The position numbers and the translations under genes were made by a program. The notes below the pieces were generated by a model. It saw only the letters and a program-made list of their open reading frames with translations. It did not search any database and was not told the DNA's origin. This document shows, in pieces, positions 25,504 through 37,926 of a DNA stretch of 57,320 nt (its first letter is position 1; every line of letters begins with the position of its first letter). The stretch comes from Moniliella sp. 'wahieum' (Eukaryota): assembly GCA_003971905.1 (NCBI GenBank), contig RSEE01000170.1, positions 1-57,320 on the forward strand, in the 5' to 3' direction.

Positions 25504-28500
25504 TGGAGGAACAACAACAACTGTCATGAATGTTTGAGCGCCTCATCAGGGCATTCGTGGGAGCTCTTTCGACGGATCAAAAGTACGATTGTCGAAACTG
25601 TTGTAAGGGACATGGACCACATGTTTAACGACGATGAGCAGCAGTACATCGTTGCCTGACGTGAATGTTAGGACGTACAATGTACTCAGTATTGCGTGTT
25701 GTGTCAGCAGTTATAACGGAGTGTAGCGCATACTGTTCAGATGTTACCAGCAAGTAGCATACATGTTTTATGGCAGACTGTGGGCAACTCTGATGGATGT
25801 CGGCACTGCTACCATCATGGTGGTTGGCAAACAATCATCGGCTGTTCCGCCGTAACATCAGGTGAGGATTGAGTGCACATGATGCCAACATTGGACGTTG
25901 ATCGCACGGATCACAACAGATGGCTTCGGACTCGTGCAAGGGCAGTATGACAGTGAATACCATCACAGCAACAAGGGCAGATGTCAATGATGGTCATTTC
26001 ACATGTTGTGGTACATGATGCATACAACCATCACGGTTACATGGACAGATGTCAGATGGATGAACATCGAAGTATAACCAGCATTTCTCTGATGTTACAG
26101 GAGAATATTCCCTTGGTAGATGTTTAGTATGCACAGCGTATTCGTCCATCATTCGTAACAGTAATGGCAAGTACCATTGCAACCTGACGCCAATGTTCAT
26201 TCTGATATGACAGGAGCTGGCGGATGGTAATGCAACAGAGCACAACCGCTCTCGTTCACAACAGTCTCAAAGAGAAAACAGTATGTGGCCAGTGTTGAAA
26301 TCCCGTTGAGCAGGATGAGGATGAAGCAGACCGAACAGCATGCTCGTACGACTGGGGGTGCTCAAACACCATCCCAAATCATTGCGATCAAATATCGGAG
26401 ATCGCCACCTCGAGCGGACAGCAAGGGCTTGGTCGCAGGTATCATCAGCACGATAAGATCTATGTCCTAGATTAACGGGCCATGAGAGTTGTTTGTCACT
26501 CGTTGCTCGCATTGACGACGAAAGAGGCGGATCGCACCATACTGTATTGATTGAGGGTGGATGAACTATGCACGAAGGTACCGATGGATAATCAAAAGAG
26601 ACCGCGTATGCGCCTCAATCCCTTTCCGGCCGATAGTGAGACATTCAAGTGGTTTGCGATGGAGTTGATGGCGTCGGGAGCCCAGACCGCCCCTGCTCAT
26701 CGGAGGCAAGAGGCCCGTTGAGGCCGAGATGCGGTTCCGATCCTGCCATCCCGAAAAATCCAACGAATCCTGAGGGGAACGTAGGGAGGCCATGAGTGTG
26801 ACGTACTAATCGTCGGGCCAAGCCGGGCAGCGTCTAAAGGGGAGGATGCCCATTCGGGGTTCGAGGCAGTGAGGCTCTGATGGGCCGGGAGGGCATGGGA
26901 TGATGGAACCGGTGAATTGATTCTTCTAGTAGCGGGGAGCAAGACGTGCAAACGGGGAAACGACAGGGGGGGCGGCTTGGTCATCTCGACTGGGATCAAA
27001 AAACACTTTCAGGCGGAAGAGTTTATACAAAAAGAAGGAAGAGAGGGGGAAGGTCCGAGAGGGGGTCGATGAGGGAATTTAAGGGGGAAACGTGAGTAAG
27101 GAACACAAGCCTAATTTCAGGGTAAGAAGCGAGGGACATGGGGACGAGAGAGTGAGTTGATGTGAGAGACGAGTCGAATCCACGTGCGAAGTTTTGGAGT
27201 TACGGTCGAGCAACGGAGAGCCAGGCGAAGAAAAAAGAACGCAGGCTTGCAGCTTATAAGAGAAAGGAAGAGCAGCTGAGTCGAGATAGTGAGAGAGCGA
27301 GACGGAGGAGAGATGTTGGGTAGTGAGTGATAGGAAGAGCCGAAGAGAAGCAGGAGCGAACATAAGGGGGGATGGTCGTGCAGACCCCCCCCTCCCCCTC
27401 ATTGATGCCCGCCGCTTTCCGTGGCATCTCGATTGTCCTATATCCATCGCAGATGCTTCCTCCACTTCAATGCTCTGTCTCTCTTCGCATCCATCGTCCA
27501 TCGCAGACCACATCAACCACGAAGATGCGTATATGTTTGTACTCCCACCGACCAATGCATCATTTTGGCATGAGACTGCCGCACTTTCATCGTCTCTTGC
27601 CGATTGTAAACCTGTTTCTGCCAGTGTCTTCGTAGACGATTCATGTGGTAGTCATTATAGGCCAAACGGCCACTGGGCTGGATGAACGAGATAGCCTTGA
27701 CGCCATGGAATTTGAGCTCACGCACTTTTGGGCTTTCTTGGACTCTCTGATGTTCCTGTTAGCGCGGAGGTGCGGTTTTGAGATAAGGAAAGAGAGAGCA
27801 CGAGCGCCTGTGAAGACATGGATGTGACATAGATATTGAGAGGGCTAAGCGCTAAGCGGTTATGCTTACGGCTGGTTGCCAGTTAGGCGTTAGGGTTCCT
27901 TCGATCATCGATCATCAATTGATTAATGATTGATCGGATGCACATGTGACACGAATCACATGGCATGTCACAGACACCACCCGAAGTGGATGAGATTGCG
28001 GAACGCCTGAGGTAGACCAGGGTAGCCACTAGACCACAACCTACCATTGATCTGCCTCCTAGGCCTAGCCCCGTCTGGACTAAGGGCATGCGCGTGCGGT
28101 GACTGGACCATACAAATTCATACATACTCTGCCCACGAGGTACGTATCCCCCATCCGTCACACATCTCCATGCTATGCTCCACATACGTATACTCTGGGC
28201 CCTCTCCGTCCCGGCTCTGTACGGGCTGGTTTGCCAGGTTTAACGTTTACCGGGTAGGGTGCGGGTTCCCGGTTGCTTGGCCTGTGGGGGAGCGTGGGGC
28301 TCCCCCAGTTCGAACGGGACGAGACGAGTGCTGACGCGCTGAGGCTGATGCACTGAGGCTGATGCACTGATGGCCTGGGCACGCTTGGCTGTTTGAGGGC
28401 GGGACGCTTTGGACGTCCGGAGACAGGAAGGCACTGGAGCGAGCACCAGAGATAGGGTCCTCAGGGGTCGCCCGATCGCGTCCGACGGCGCCCTGCTGCG

Positions 28501-31500
28501 CCTGGCTCGGCGGGGAAGGTGGAAGAGGGAGTGAGGCTGAGACAAGCTAGACTTCGCACAACTGGTACACGCGGGTGGGCTTCGGCATGGCCGGTTTTGG
28601 AGACAAGGTACCGGGGGGCGCGAGGGGGCGCGTGTGGCTGGCCCGTGCACTTCTCCCCCTTCAGCGCCTTCAGCTTCAAGCTTCAAGCTTTCAAGCGTTT
28701 CAAGCCTCATTAATAATGGTCTGGAAGCGGACCGGAGCAGTGCGAGACTGAGATCTGAGGATCGGGTGGTCGCCGACCCTCAAGAATTCAGGTCTCGTGC
28801 AGCCACGACCACAGTGGTGCCAAGCTGGAGACCCTTCCGGTCGCCCTGGCAATGTTCACGCGTCGGCTGGACGCTCATCGACGGGGGCGATGAGGTGGAA
28901 ACAGGATGGTGGATGATCGATGAGTGAGCCGATAAGGGTGTAGGCACGGGGTAGGCACTAAAGGACGTGTAGGGTAGGCTGACGTAGGGTCTGTCGGGGG
29001 CCCAAATCAAATAGACGAAGCGTCGCATGCGAAGCATCAAGAAGCGGTGTTTGTACCTGGGCCAATGCACCAACGGTGAGCTGGAGGACGAGGGTGGTGT
29101 GCTGGAGAGTGCTGGAACACGCTGGAGGCTGAGCTCAGCGCTGAGCCTCAGCGCTGATGGGAGGGACTAGGGTTAGATCCTTTGATCTAACCCTTGGGCG
29201 TGCGTTGGGGCGTGCGCGCTTAGCCGGTGGCGGCAGTGCTCTGGTGGCCGTCTCTCTCTACTCTGGCAGGAAAGACGCCCTGAGTGGGATGGGCAATGGG
29301 GAAAGGCGGCTGCAATTCCCAGCTGCGCAACTGCTCCCCAACACCCAGCCCCCACCCAGAATCTCAGGGTGCCCAGAAGCAGATCGCAGACGCTCAGCAC
29401 TGGCGCTCTAGCGCGGCACAGACTCAACTTGCTCTGAGGTCTGATACCTGATCATCGATCGCATCGATCATCTCGCGTTGCGCGTTGCGCGTTCCCAAAA
29501 GTCCAAACCAGTCTCAACATCCACACGCACGCGGCGAGTGTTGCATCGGACTTCCGCCGTGATGCGTGACACGTGATGCATGGGCATCTCAGATTCTGGG
29601 TCTGCGATCCACGCTTTCTGAATCCGAGGGCTCAGTCTGAATCTGAGCTCTCAGTAACCTCATCCTGCCTAGCCGAGAGTGCCGGAAGGTAGACGTGCTG
29701 AGCATAGGCACTGCCTGGATTAAGTGCGTGGGCGGCCGAGGCAATCAGTAATCACACAGCTCACAGACACAGGCTGTGGCATGTGGTGCGACGGCACGGT
29801 TGCGGTGGTACAAATGCAAGGCCAAAACAAGAGGGAACATGTGATGCGTGTGACATGTGACATGGCGTGGAGTCGATTTGCGTGTGGGGCGGGGGAAGGT
29901 ACAGCCTGGTATCGCGGTGTAGCGCGAGCAGACCACAAGAGAGCAGACCACGCTGAGGAGAATCAATCCATTTAACGGAAAACGTTTAACCATAGCCAGG
30001 TGGCGATTGTGCACAATGGCTGGGCGCGTCTCTCACGCGAGTATGTAGACGTCCTGGTCCACTCGGCTATAGAGACCGCAATGGATGCTGAAGCGATTAG
30101 GCCGATTAGGACAGCAGCGTAGGCGATCGATTGGGGCGAGAGATAGGCGTTGGTGCATGGTGGTAGGAAGCAGGACAAGGGCTACAGGAGAAGGCTACTA
30201 GTCGACTGTTCGCTTACGCTGGTACGCGCGCTTAGCACCCCTCGGAGTCCCGGGGGCCCCCGGCTAATGATGCCGGAAGTGCACCGCGATCGCTGAAGCC
30301 ACTCACCGTCGCAATAAGCATCCCGTGCCCACGATAGCAGCCATGCACCATAGTAAGTCCAAGGGAACCAATCCTCTGTACATGGCTAATCGAAATTTCT
30401 TGCGCACAATCTTGTGGCCCTTGCCCACCTTGAATTTGTACGTAGTCCTCACATATCTATCCGGAACCTTGTTACCAGCATTTTCGATTAGCTTGTAGTC
30501 AGTTCTCAATCTGCCCTCATTTAATGATGGAAAACGGAGTCTCCTAGAGGCAGAACATGTATGGAAAGGGTGGGAAAAAGGAAAGTGGTGTGGTGTGCGT
30601 GCATGCGAGAGCTGTGGAAGGGATATGCGTAGCGGGGCACTGTGTTCTTAATCCTGCTTGGCAGGGACTGACATGGGGATGACATTGAAACCCCATGCCC
30701 GCATGGCCACAGCGCCCCTTTAAGACCCCAAAGCCTCCGTCTGAGTATTGCTAAGTAGAACTGCACGCCATTTTGATTCTCGCATCGGCTGCAGTTCTCT
30801 TTGTTATCGTGACGCAATGTCGCGGACTCAAAGTAGACATGGGCGGGATAGCCCCACAGAGGCACACAAGATAGGGCAAGAGAGAGGAGAGGGCCGATGC
30901 GTTGTGAGATATATGGCAGTGAGTACTGAGTGCAGATTCTGTCTGTTTCCTAGCCACAGGACCCCTTAGGCTGGTGGGGGAGCGTGTCAGCGCCAAACAG
31001 ATGGCGTTCTTGCTGTGTTTGCACGGTCGCGGGGACGACGGTGCAGGACAGAAGCCATAATCGACATAATCCCGCGTATGCCACTCTCTATCGACATTCT
31101 ACATCTCAGGCGGGGAGGCTAATCAAGTAGGGCAGGGAAGGGCAGGGCAGGGAAGGGCAGGGCAGAGTGGGATGGGGGAGGGGTGCGGGGCGACAGATCA
31201 GAGCAGATTGAAAAAGGCGCAGTGTGGCTCTCGAGCAGAGAGCGGGCGGGCGGGGGGGTCGACGGACGTTAGACGTTAGGAGCACCTGCGCGGAATGTAA
31301 GACCCCGGCATGTGGGCGCGTGTAGAGAGAGAGGGTCAGTGCGTATACGGCTTGCAATCCTTTTCGCGGCCACAGCGACGCAGCCCGCCGAAGGGTGGCA
31401 TCGGGTTGGCTGCCCCTCACTAGTCACTGGTACTGAGGCTCAGTCCTCAGCCGTGGCGGACATCCCACTGGCTCCCTCTCGGCTGGCCCCAAGCGCACGC

Positions 31501-31955
31501 CTCGCCTGCCCTCACCCGCCCAAGCACGCGCCCGCCTTTGTTTTGTTCCATTTTGCTGACCAACCAGCTACCCCCGGCCTCACATCTTCTGCTCCCATCA
31601 GCGCACCAGCCCCGGCCTCCGCCCGTTCCCTTTTGCCGGGCAGACGACTGGGTCCTCTGCTGCTGCCATCGGTGGGGCCACAGACGTACGTGGGAAACTG
31701 CTGAGTGTGCTGTGGTGCGCGCGTAGCGTGTGGGTTTTGGCGTTGGCATCGGCACCGGCACCGGCACCGACACTGGCACGGACGTCGGCGTTAGCATTGG
31801 CGTCGGCATTGACGTTTGGTGCTGTGGTTACTAGTTCCCACGCATCACCCACAATCACGACTGCGGCAGAGCTGTGCCGGTACCATTCTATTTGCGCAGT
31901 GCCCCCCCCCCAGCGGGCCAGGCTATCCCGAGCTGGTCGACGCAGCCCTTGTGGG

Positions 31956-33829
31956 ATGCGCGTGGAGCGTCCTCGCTTGCGGAAGTGCTCCACCACGAGC
32001 GGAGTGGAAGTGGGACCGGCTCGCGTGCCTCGGCCGAGAGTACATTTGCATTGCGTGTGGCAAATCGTTTGCGCGGGAGATTTGCTCCCCGCACCGGCTT
32101 CGCGAGCAACGCTCCGCCCTCATCCATCGCCACCACACGTCAACGCAGTTGCGGCGAATGTTCTCGCGCCAAGAGCCGGTGCGACTTGGGCTTCCCCACG
32201 TGTGGTAGGTGCGCCCAGAAGAAGAAACTTGCGTGGTAGATTCCTATCCTCTCCTCTCCTCTCCTCTCCTTCCTCTCCTCTCCTCCTCTCTCTCTGCTTT
32301 GAGTTGCTGTTGACCTTCGATTCTACTTAGATTTACGCGACCAACTCGCGGGGAGAAGACCGCTCTCGCGCCCTCTCGGCTACTACACGTCCCTTATCCC
32401 CAGGCTCCTTCCTCCACCCTAGTCGCATCCAATCCTCTTTCCGGCCCCGCGCTTCGTTACCACTCGCGTTCGATACCACGGCCGCCTCGGCCGCTGCTTC
32501 CGCCGCCACCGCCGTTTTTCACGAGGCGAGGATGGGCGGTACGCAGTGGCGTATGAACCTTTGTCCTCTCATTTGGTCGCCAATGCACCCGCCCCAAATC
32601 ATGCTTATTCTCTCCCGCCTGCGCCGGTGCAACAGCCGTATGCCCCGCCTCGGGCGTCGCTTGCTTCCATCGAAACCAGCTACTCCTCCCCTTATGCGTT
32701 TCCTCGATCCTGGTCCGAGTCGGACGTTCCCATATCCTCCCTTCTTCTTACGCCACAAGGCCAGGAGCCTCATGTCCCAGGCGCAGGCCCAGGCGCAGGC
32801 CCTTCGCCTCACCTTCCCTACCCTTCTCCCTTGGGCACAGCGAGCGGAATAGCGCGAGCTTCGTCCCTACTGGCCGCGACCCGAAAGCCTCTCCAACCTC
32901 CTGACCTCTCTTCTCATCTCCCATCTTTCTATCCGGGAGGAGAAGGCAGAACAGGGGAAGTGCCACTAGCACAATTCTCCGCGTCTGTTCTGGATTCTCC
33001 CCACCAATACTCGCCTTCCACCTCCCTCATCCCACAAGCACGCAGCCCGACAACCCGGAGGATGGAGTTCCAGTCTGTTGACGCTATTGCGCCTGGCGTG
33101 CCTTCCCAGTTCCATGGTCCCGGGGTTCTCTCGCGCTCTCCACGACCATGCCTCTGGTCTAGAACCACCTACCGAGGCGGGTTCATTCCCATCGGGCCCC
33201 TTGCCGAGCTGGCAATGCTCGAGCCGGTCCGGGAAGTAGGAGGCGGCTTACTACCTTCTACTGCACTCCCCCGCTCCTCTCTCCCTCCCGCAGCGCCCCT
33301 GTCCTCTCACCACCTCGATCTTTCCTCTACGACCACCTTTCAAGACTCCGACCCAACACGTTCGGCACAGGTTCTCCCCACCTCTTCTGTCGCTTCTGTC
33401 TCTTCGGTCGCTTCGGCACTGCCCCAGCCCGGATCTGTCTCCTGGCCCCCGCAGCCACACCAAGCAACCCACACCCGCGCCACCGAAGCGTACACCGCCA
33501 TCCCGGATCCCAACACACGCTCTATGCCCTCTTCTGCCTACCTCGCGCCTGGGGCGGAGGAGGCGGGCACCTCCAATGTGTTATCCGCGTGGCCCACTCC
33601 GCGTGCTTTTCCCACTGTTGTCGGAGAAGGCGAATGGTACACCCCACCTACCGCCCCTACTGCGCCACCAGGGTGGCAGGACACGCCAGGTGGGATGGCT
33701 GGACAGGAAGCGCCGCCTCTACCGCGTCATTCTCTCCATCCCCACCCCAAGCCCGAGAGCGAGAACGAGAACGAGAGGTATAGACTGGGGGCTTTGTATC
33801 CTGGCTCCTCGGGTGGATGGTCTGCTTGA
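31956..33829 (+). CDS. Transcription factor with an N-terminal C2H2 finger plus a Zn(II)2Cys6 cluster and a Pro/Ser-rich tail
   Basis: YICIACGKSFAR(GDLL.RH)... is followed by TRQRSCGECSRAKSRCDLGFPTCGRCAQKKKLA(C). A probable intron at ~32236-32330 is followed by IYAT and then the long ORF 32546-33829. Frameshifts make the boundaries approximate. Confidence 0.75.
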
Positions 33830-34525
33830 GCATGAGCATGATTAGGATGTGGGCTGTACTGTTTGCTTTTGCCTTTGCCTTTGCCGTTGCCTTTTACGCT
33901 TTTGTACTTCTTCTCGAACTCATCAAGGCTCTCCTGTGGTATTGGAAGGGATTGCACTTGCAGCAGCTGGAACGCGACGAAGGGGGACAACTTTAGACCG
34001 GTATGGTTCAATCCTTTGCCCCCCCTCCCAACCTCAAATCAACTCACTAGGGAGGCAAAAGCGAATGTTCTTTTATCCACTTCCTTCGTTGCTTGTGCCA
34101 TATGGTGGAAGTATCGTCTCTTCATGGTCTTTGTAACCTGGATCGCCCTGCTCGTCCTCTCGCCACCTATAATCTTCCGCCCATCATATTTGCCTTATCT
34201 ACTTCTTCCTTCGCTGGAGACATGGTGGGATAGTCTCATGGACAGGGGCAAGCTCAACGTGTATCACATCATCTCACACCCTCCTCGGCCTACGCTCAGG
34301 CGGTGATGGGCATGTTGAGATGTGGGTACGTGCCGTATCGCGGGCGTGGAGAGGCCTACATTTGCTTTCCCTGCATCCTCCCTGGCACGCATACCCTCCT
34401 CCGACTGTCTGCACTCTTTTCTCTTTTATGTACGCACCGCGCCCATTCAGCTCTCGAGCCCATCGTCTCATCTCCGAGACGAGCTCATGCACGGTCGCTA
34501 CGGCACGATCATTCCTTGTCCTCAT
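33727..34525 (-). CDS. Hypothetical spliced small gene convergent with the transcription factor
   Basis: Fragments MRTRNDRAVATVHELVSEMRRWARELNGR, AIQVTKTMKRRYFHHMAQATKEVDKRTFAFASL (then a GTGAGT...AAG intron) and LSPFVAFQLLQVQSLPIPQESLDEFEKKYKSVKG look protein-like. No family recognised. Confidence 0.3.
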
Positions 34526-34722
34526 GAATAGCCCCCGGGTCCCACATCACGTCGGCCCTCTGTGCTTATTTCGCGAAGTAGGAGAGGATGGTCGTTTTCC
34601 ATCCCAGTCCCCCTCTTTCACTACAAGAAAAACTCTTGGGGGATCTCATTTCTTTCTTTTGGCGGCGCGCCAATTGAGTACTTATCTGGCTGTAAAGTCA
34701 TGCTCATTGTTTTCGAGTATGG

Positions 34723-35090
34723 TTGGGATCCCAGAGATGGTAACCGGTAGCCGGTAACTGCTCAGTACTCATCCCCGCCGGTCACGCTCTCACGAACCAT
34801 TCTTGAATACCGTTCGGTCCAAAGTCTCGGATCGAACAAGAACGAAAGGGACGCACTGGGGCCATTTGAGACTGCGTTCAATGGAAAGAAGTGCTCGGTG
34901 CTGAGAAGAATAAACAGAGTGGACCAAGGGTAGGGTACGTCGTCTGACCAAGAGGAGATCCGCACTCCACAGGGCGTTTCCCTATCACATCTTAGCTCGA
35001 ATCGTCCCCGGACCATATTGGAGTGGACAATCAGTCACAGACTCCACATATATGCCCATCCTTCTATTTTCGGTCCTGCCCCCCTTGAAG
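34723..35090. repeat. ~370-bp diverged direct repeat, copy 1
   Basis: Collinear with 35795-36175: TTGGGATCCCAGA.ATGGTAACC, CCGGTCACG.TCTCACGAACCATTC, GTCTCGGATCGAACAAG, AACAGAGTGGACCAAGGGTAGG, TCGTCCCCGGACC. Confidence 0.9.
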
Positions 35091-35794
35091 AGTCTTCTCT
35101 CCTATTGAGTGCCTTCCTATTCCCTCCTTCTACTCTTGCCTTCTTGCCTCCTTCATATCGTTTGTGGTCTCGCACACACGCCCAACACAGTGCGTGATGA
35201 TATTTGGAATCCTGATCGTCCAGGGGGGTGATGCAATCACACTAGTGGTGGTGGTGGTCTAAGCCAACCAACGACACGTACGAGAACACAACCAGCCAGT
35301 CACCACCGGGGGCTTGGTCGCGGACCACGGACCACAGGAGCGAGAACACAATGAAACTCCTAGGTTGAGGAGGGACCGAAGGGACGTTGGCCAAAACATA
35401 CGAGCCACCAGCGGTGGTTCAACACTCCCTGGGCCAAGGGGGCAAAGGAAACCCTTAGGCCAAATGCGTAACATCAGATGAGAAAAAAGGGGATCTAAAT
35501 CGAATTCCTGAGGCATAAAAGGGAGTTTGGGAAGACCAACAGATTTGGTGAACTAATCAGAGAGATGATCGATTCCAATAGGCACATGGTGAACCACACG
35601 TTCGCCACGATAGAAGCGTTCTCGCACCTCGTTATATCTAGCGAATCGTACCCGGCTGCCGAGTTTCGCGGTTAATGCCTTGGCTGCAGTATTGTCCACA
35701 AAGAAATGGAGGGGGGTGGCGGAACGACACCCAGTTCAGAAAGAATGTTGCGCACAAAGAGCGCATCCCACAGCCCATCCCCCACAGTGACCAT

Positions 35795-36175
35795 TTGGGA
35801 TCCCAGACATGGTAACCATTCATCGATCCCTACCGGTCACGTTCTCACGAACCATTCCTGATACCGTCCGGTCAACGTCTCGGATCGAACAAGGAACGAA
35901 TGGACGCACTGGGGTTATTCGGGACTGCGTCCAAAGAAAAAAAAAAGGGCGCGGTGCAGAGAGGAACAGAGTGGACCAAGGGTAGGTACATAGGTTCGGT
36001 CAAGAAGAGATCCACGGCTCCACGACTGGTCCCGTCACACTTATGACTCTAATCGTCGTCCCCGGACCCACAAGTGCGTGGACGATCAGCACACCACACA
36101 CACACAACATGTGCATCATGCCATCCTTCCGTTTGTTTATCCCTTTCTTTCTTGCGCGCCCTGCCCCTTTTGAGG
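35795..36175. repeat. ~380-bp diverged direct repeat, copy 2
   Basis: Same blocks as copy 1, offset by 1072 nt at the left end. Confidence 0.9.
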
Positions 36176-36536
36176 ACATACCATGCGCCCATGTGGACCG
36201 GAATGTAATGCTAGCGTGTCCTCCTGCCTGTTCCTTGTCCCTTTGTCGTGGCCTGTCGTGGCTTGGCGCGGTGAGTGGCATGTGGCGGGGGGCAGCGGGC
36301 GGCAGCGGGGGCGGCACGATGCAGCCTCGCTCGTGTGCCAGCAACCCTAGACGCCCCACCGGGGTACACTGCTAGGGTTGTAGCTGAACCCATGTGATGA
36401 GTGAGGTGATGATGCTGAGTGCGCTCACGTGACGTGCTGGTGGCTGGCGGGCGGCGGGCGATCTGAGATCTAGAGATGTGCGCCTCGTCCGGCCCTTGAC
36501 GCTCGTCACTAGTCGTCGCGCACGCCGCCGTCTGCG

Positions 36537-37835
36537 ATGTCCAGCGCGACGTGCAGCGCGACGCTCCTCCCCGATCCCGCCCCGGACAACTCCATTGCTT
36601 ACCTGGATGTAACCCTGGACGGGTCCACGACGCCCCACCGCATCGTCCTCGAGCTCTTCAACGACCAGACGCCGCAACCGGCCGAGCATTTCCGAGCCCT
36701 GGCAACGGCCGACAAGGGCAGTAGTGCGTCACCAGTCAGCATCTCTGGTATGGCAATACGACTTTCCACCGTGTTGTTCCCAAGTGCTTGATTCAGGGTG
36801 GGGCCGTTACCCGCGGAGATGATCTGCCGCCGAGCCCATCGAGCCCACGTACGGTTCCCCTTTGGACGAGGAACCTTCGCAAGGCATGCGTAAGCATGAC
36901 AGCCGTTTTTGCTCTCCATGGCCAATGCTGGACCAACCCCGAGCGCAGCCAGTTTTTTATCACGACCGCCGCGGCCAGCCACTTGGACAGGACCCACGTC
37001 GTGGTTTGGGCGGGTGCTGACGGGTAAGAATGTAGTGAGGCAAATTGAGCGCACCCCGACGGGGCCAACAATACGCCTCTAACCCCAGTGACCATCGTGG
37101 ACGCAGGTGAGCTTCACATTCAACATGGAATGACACGAAGCAAGAGACGTTGGATGCATTTCCAGACGACCCGAGGTGTATGACAGTGACTTGCTTGAGA
37201 AGAGTGTACGTTGCAAAGAAGGCGGGTTTGGTTTGGTTTGGTTTGGTTTGGTTGGTTTGTTGCGGGTGTGGGGAGGTACTGACCTGTTGTAGCCCCATAC
37301 GGCCCTGGATGTAGCCGAACAGATCAAGGCGCATGGATCGACCTTTTTCAAGTCGGGCAACTACGACAGGCATTGGCGCAATGGCAAAAGGCAGTGCGCT
37401 ACGTCCTCTTCCACCCGTCACACCCGAAAGTCACCCGAGGCAGAACCGATTGAGCAACGACGGAACGAGGTGTTCACCTCGCTGCAGCTCAACATTGCCT
37501 TGGCTGCACTCAATGTGGAGCCTACCTCGATTGAGCTGCAAGAACTGGTCATCCAGCAGACCAACTCGATTCTGGCTCGGACTGAGGCCGTGATGTTGCT
37601 CGAGGTTTCTCATAACCGCTTGCCCGAGACCAAGGGAACGATTGCTAGCTACGGCGTTTTACCGCCGTGGGATGGCGTATGGCGGGCAAGCGCTTCGAAG
37701 ATGCACTGAAGGATTTCGATTCGCCTGCACTTTGCCCCCACCGATCAGACGATCAGGAATGAGCGCAGGACAGTAGCGCAAGATAAACCAGGGGCGCAAG
37801 ACCCGCGAGCAGCGTACGACAAAACGTTCATGTAA
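36537..37835 (+). CDS. Cyclophilin-40-type peptidyl-prolyl isomerase (cyclophilin domain + TPR; Cpr6/PPID-like), divergent
   Basis: Cyclophilin domain: AYLDVTLDG...RIVLELFNDQTP..AEHFRAL, YGNTTFHRVVPKCLIQGG, LSMANAGP, SQFFITT...HLDRTHVV, VTIVDAGEL. Acidic linker FPDDP. TPR-like segments AEQIKAHGSTFFKSGNY...KAVRY and SLQLNIALAAL. TAA at 37833-37835. Confidence 0.85.
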
Positions 37836-37926
37836 CCCCCCCTACCCCCTGCTGACCAGCAGATCTGCCATCTATACCTGCTCGTGCCCCCTTCTGCATC
37901 GCGACGATGCACACACGTACGTTGGG

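Noticed and set aside
29720..30180. Hydrophobic minus-strand fragments suggesting a small membrane protein
   Set aside because: Could not assemble a consistent start, exon structure or family match from the sequence alone.
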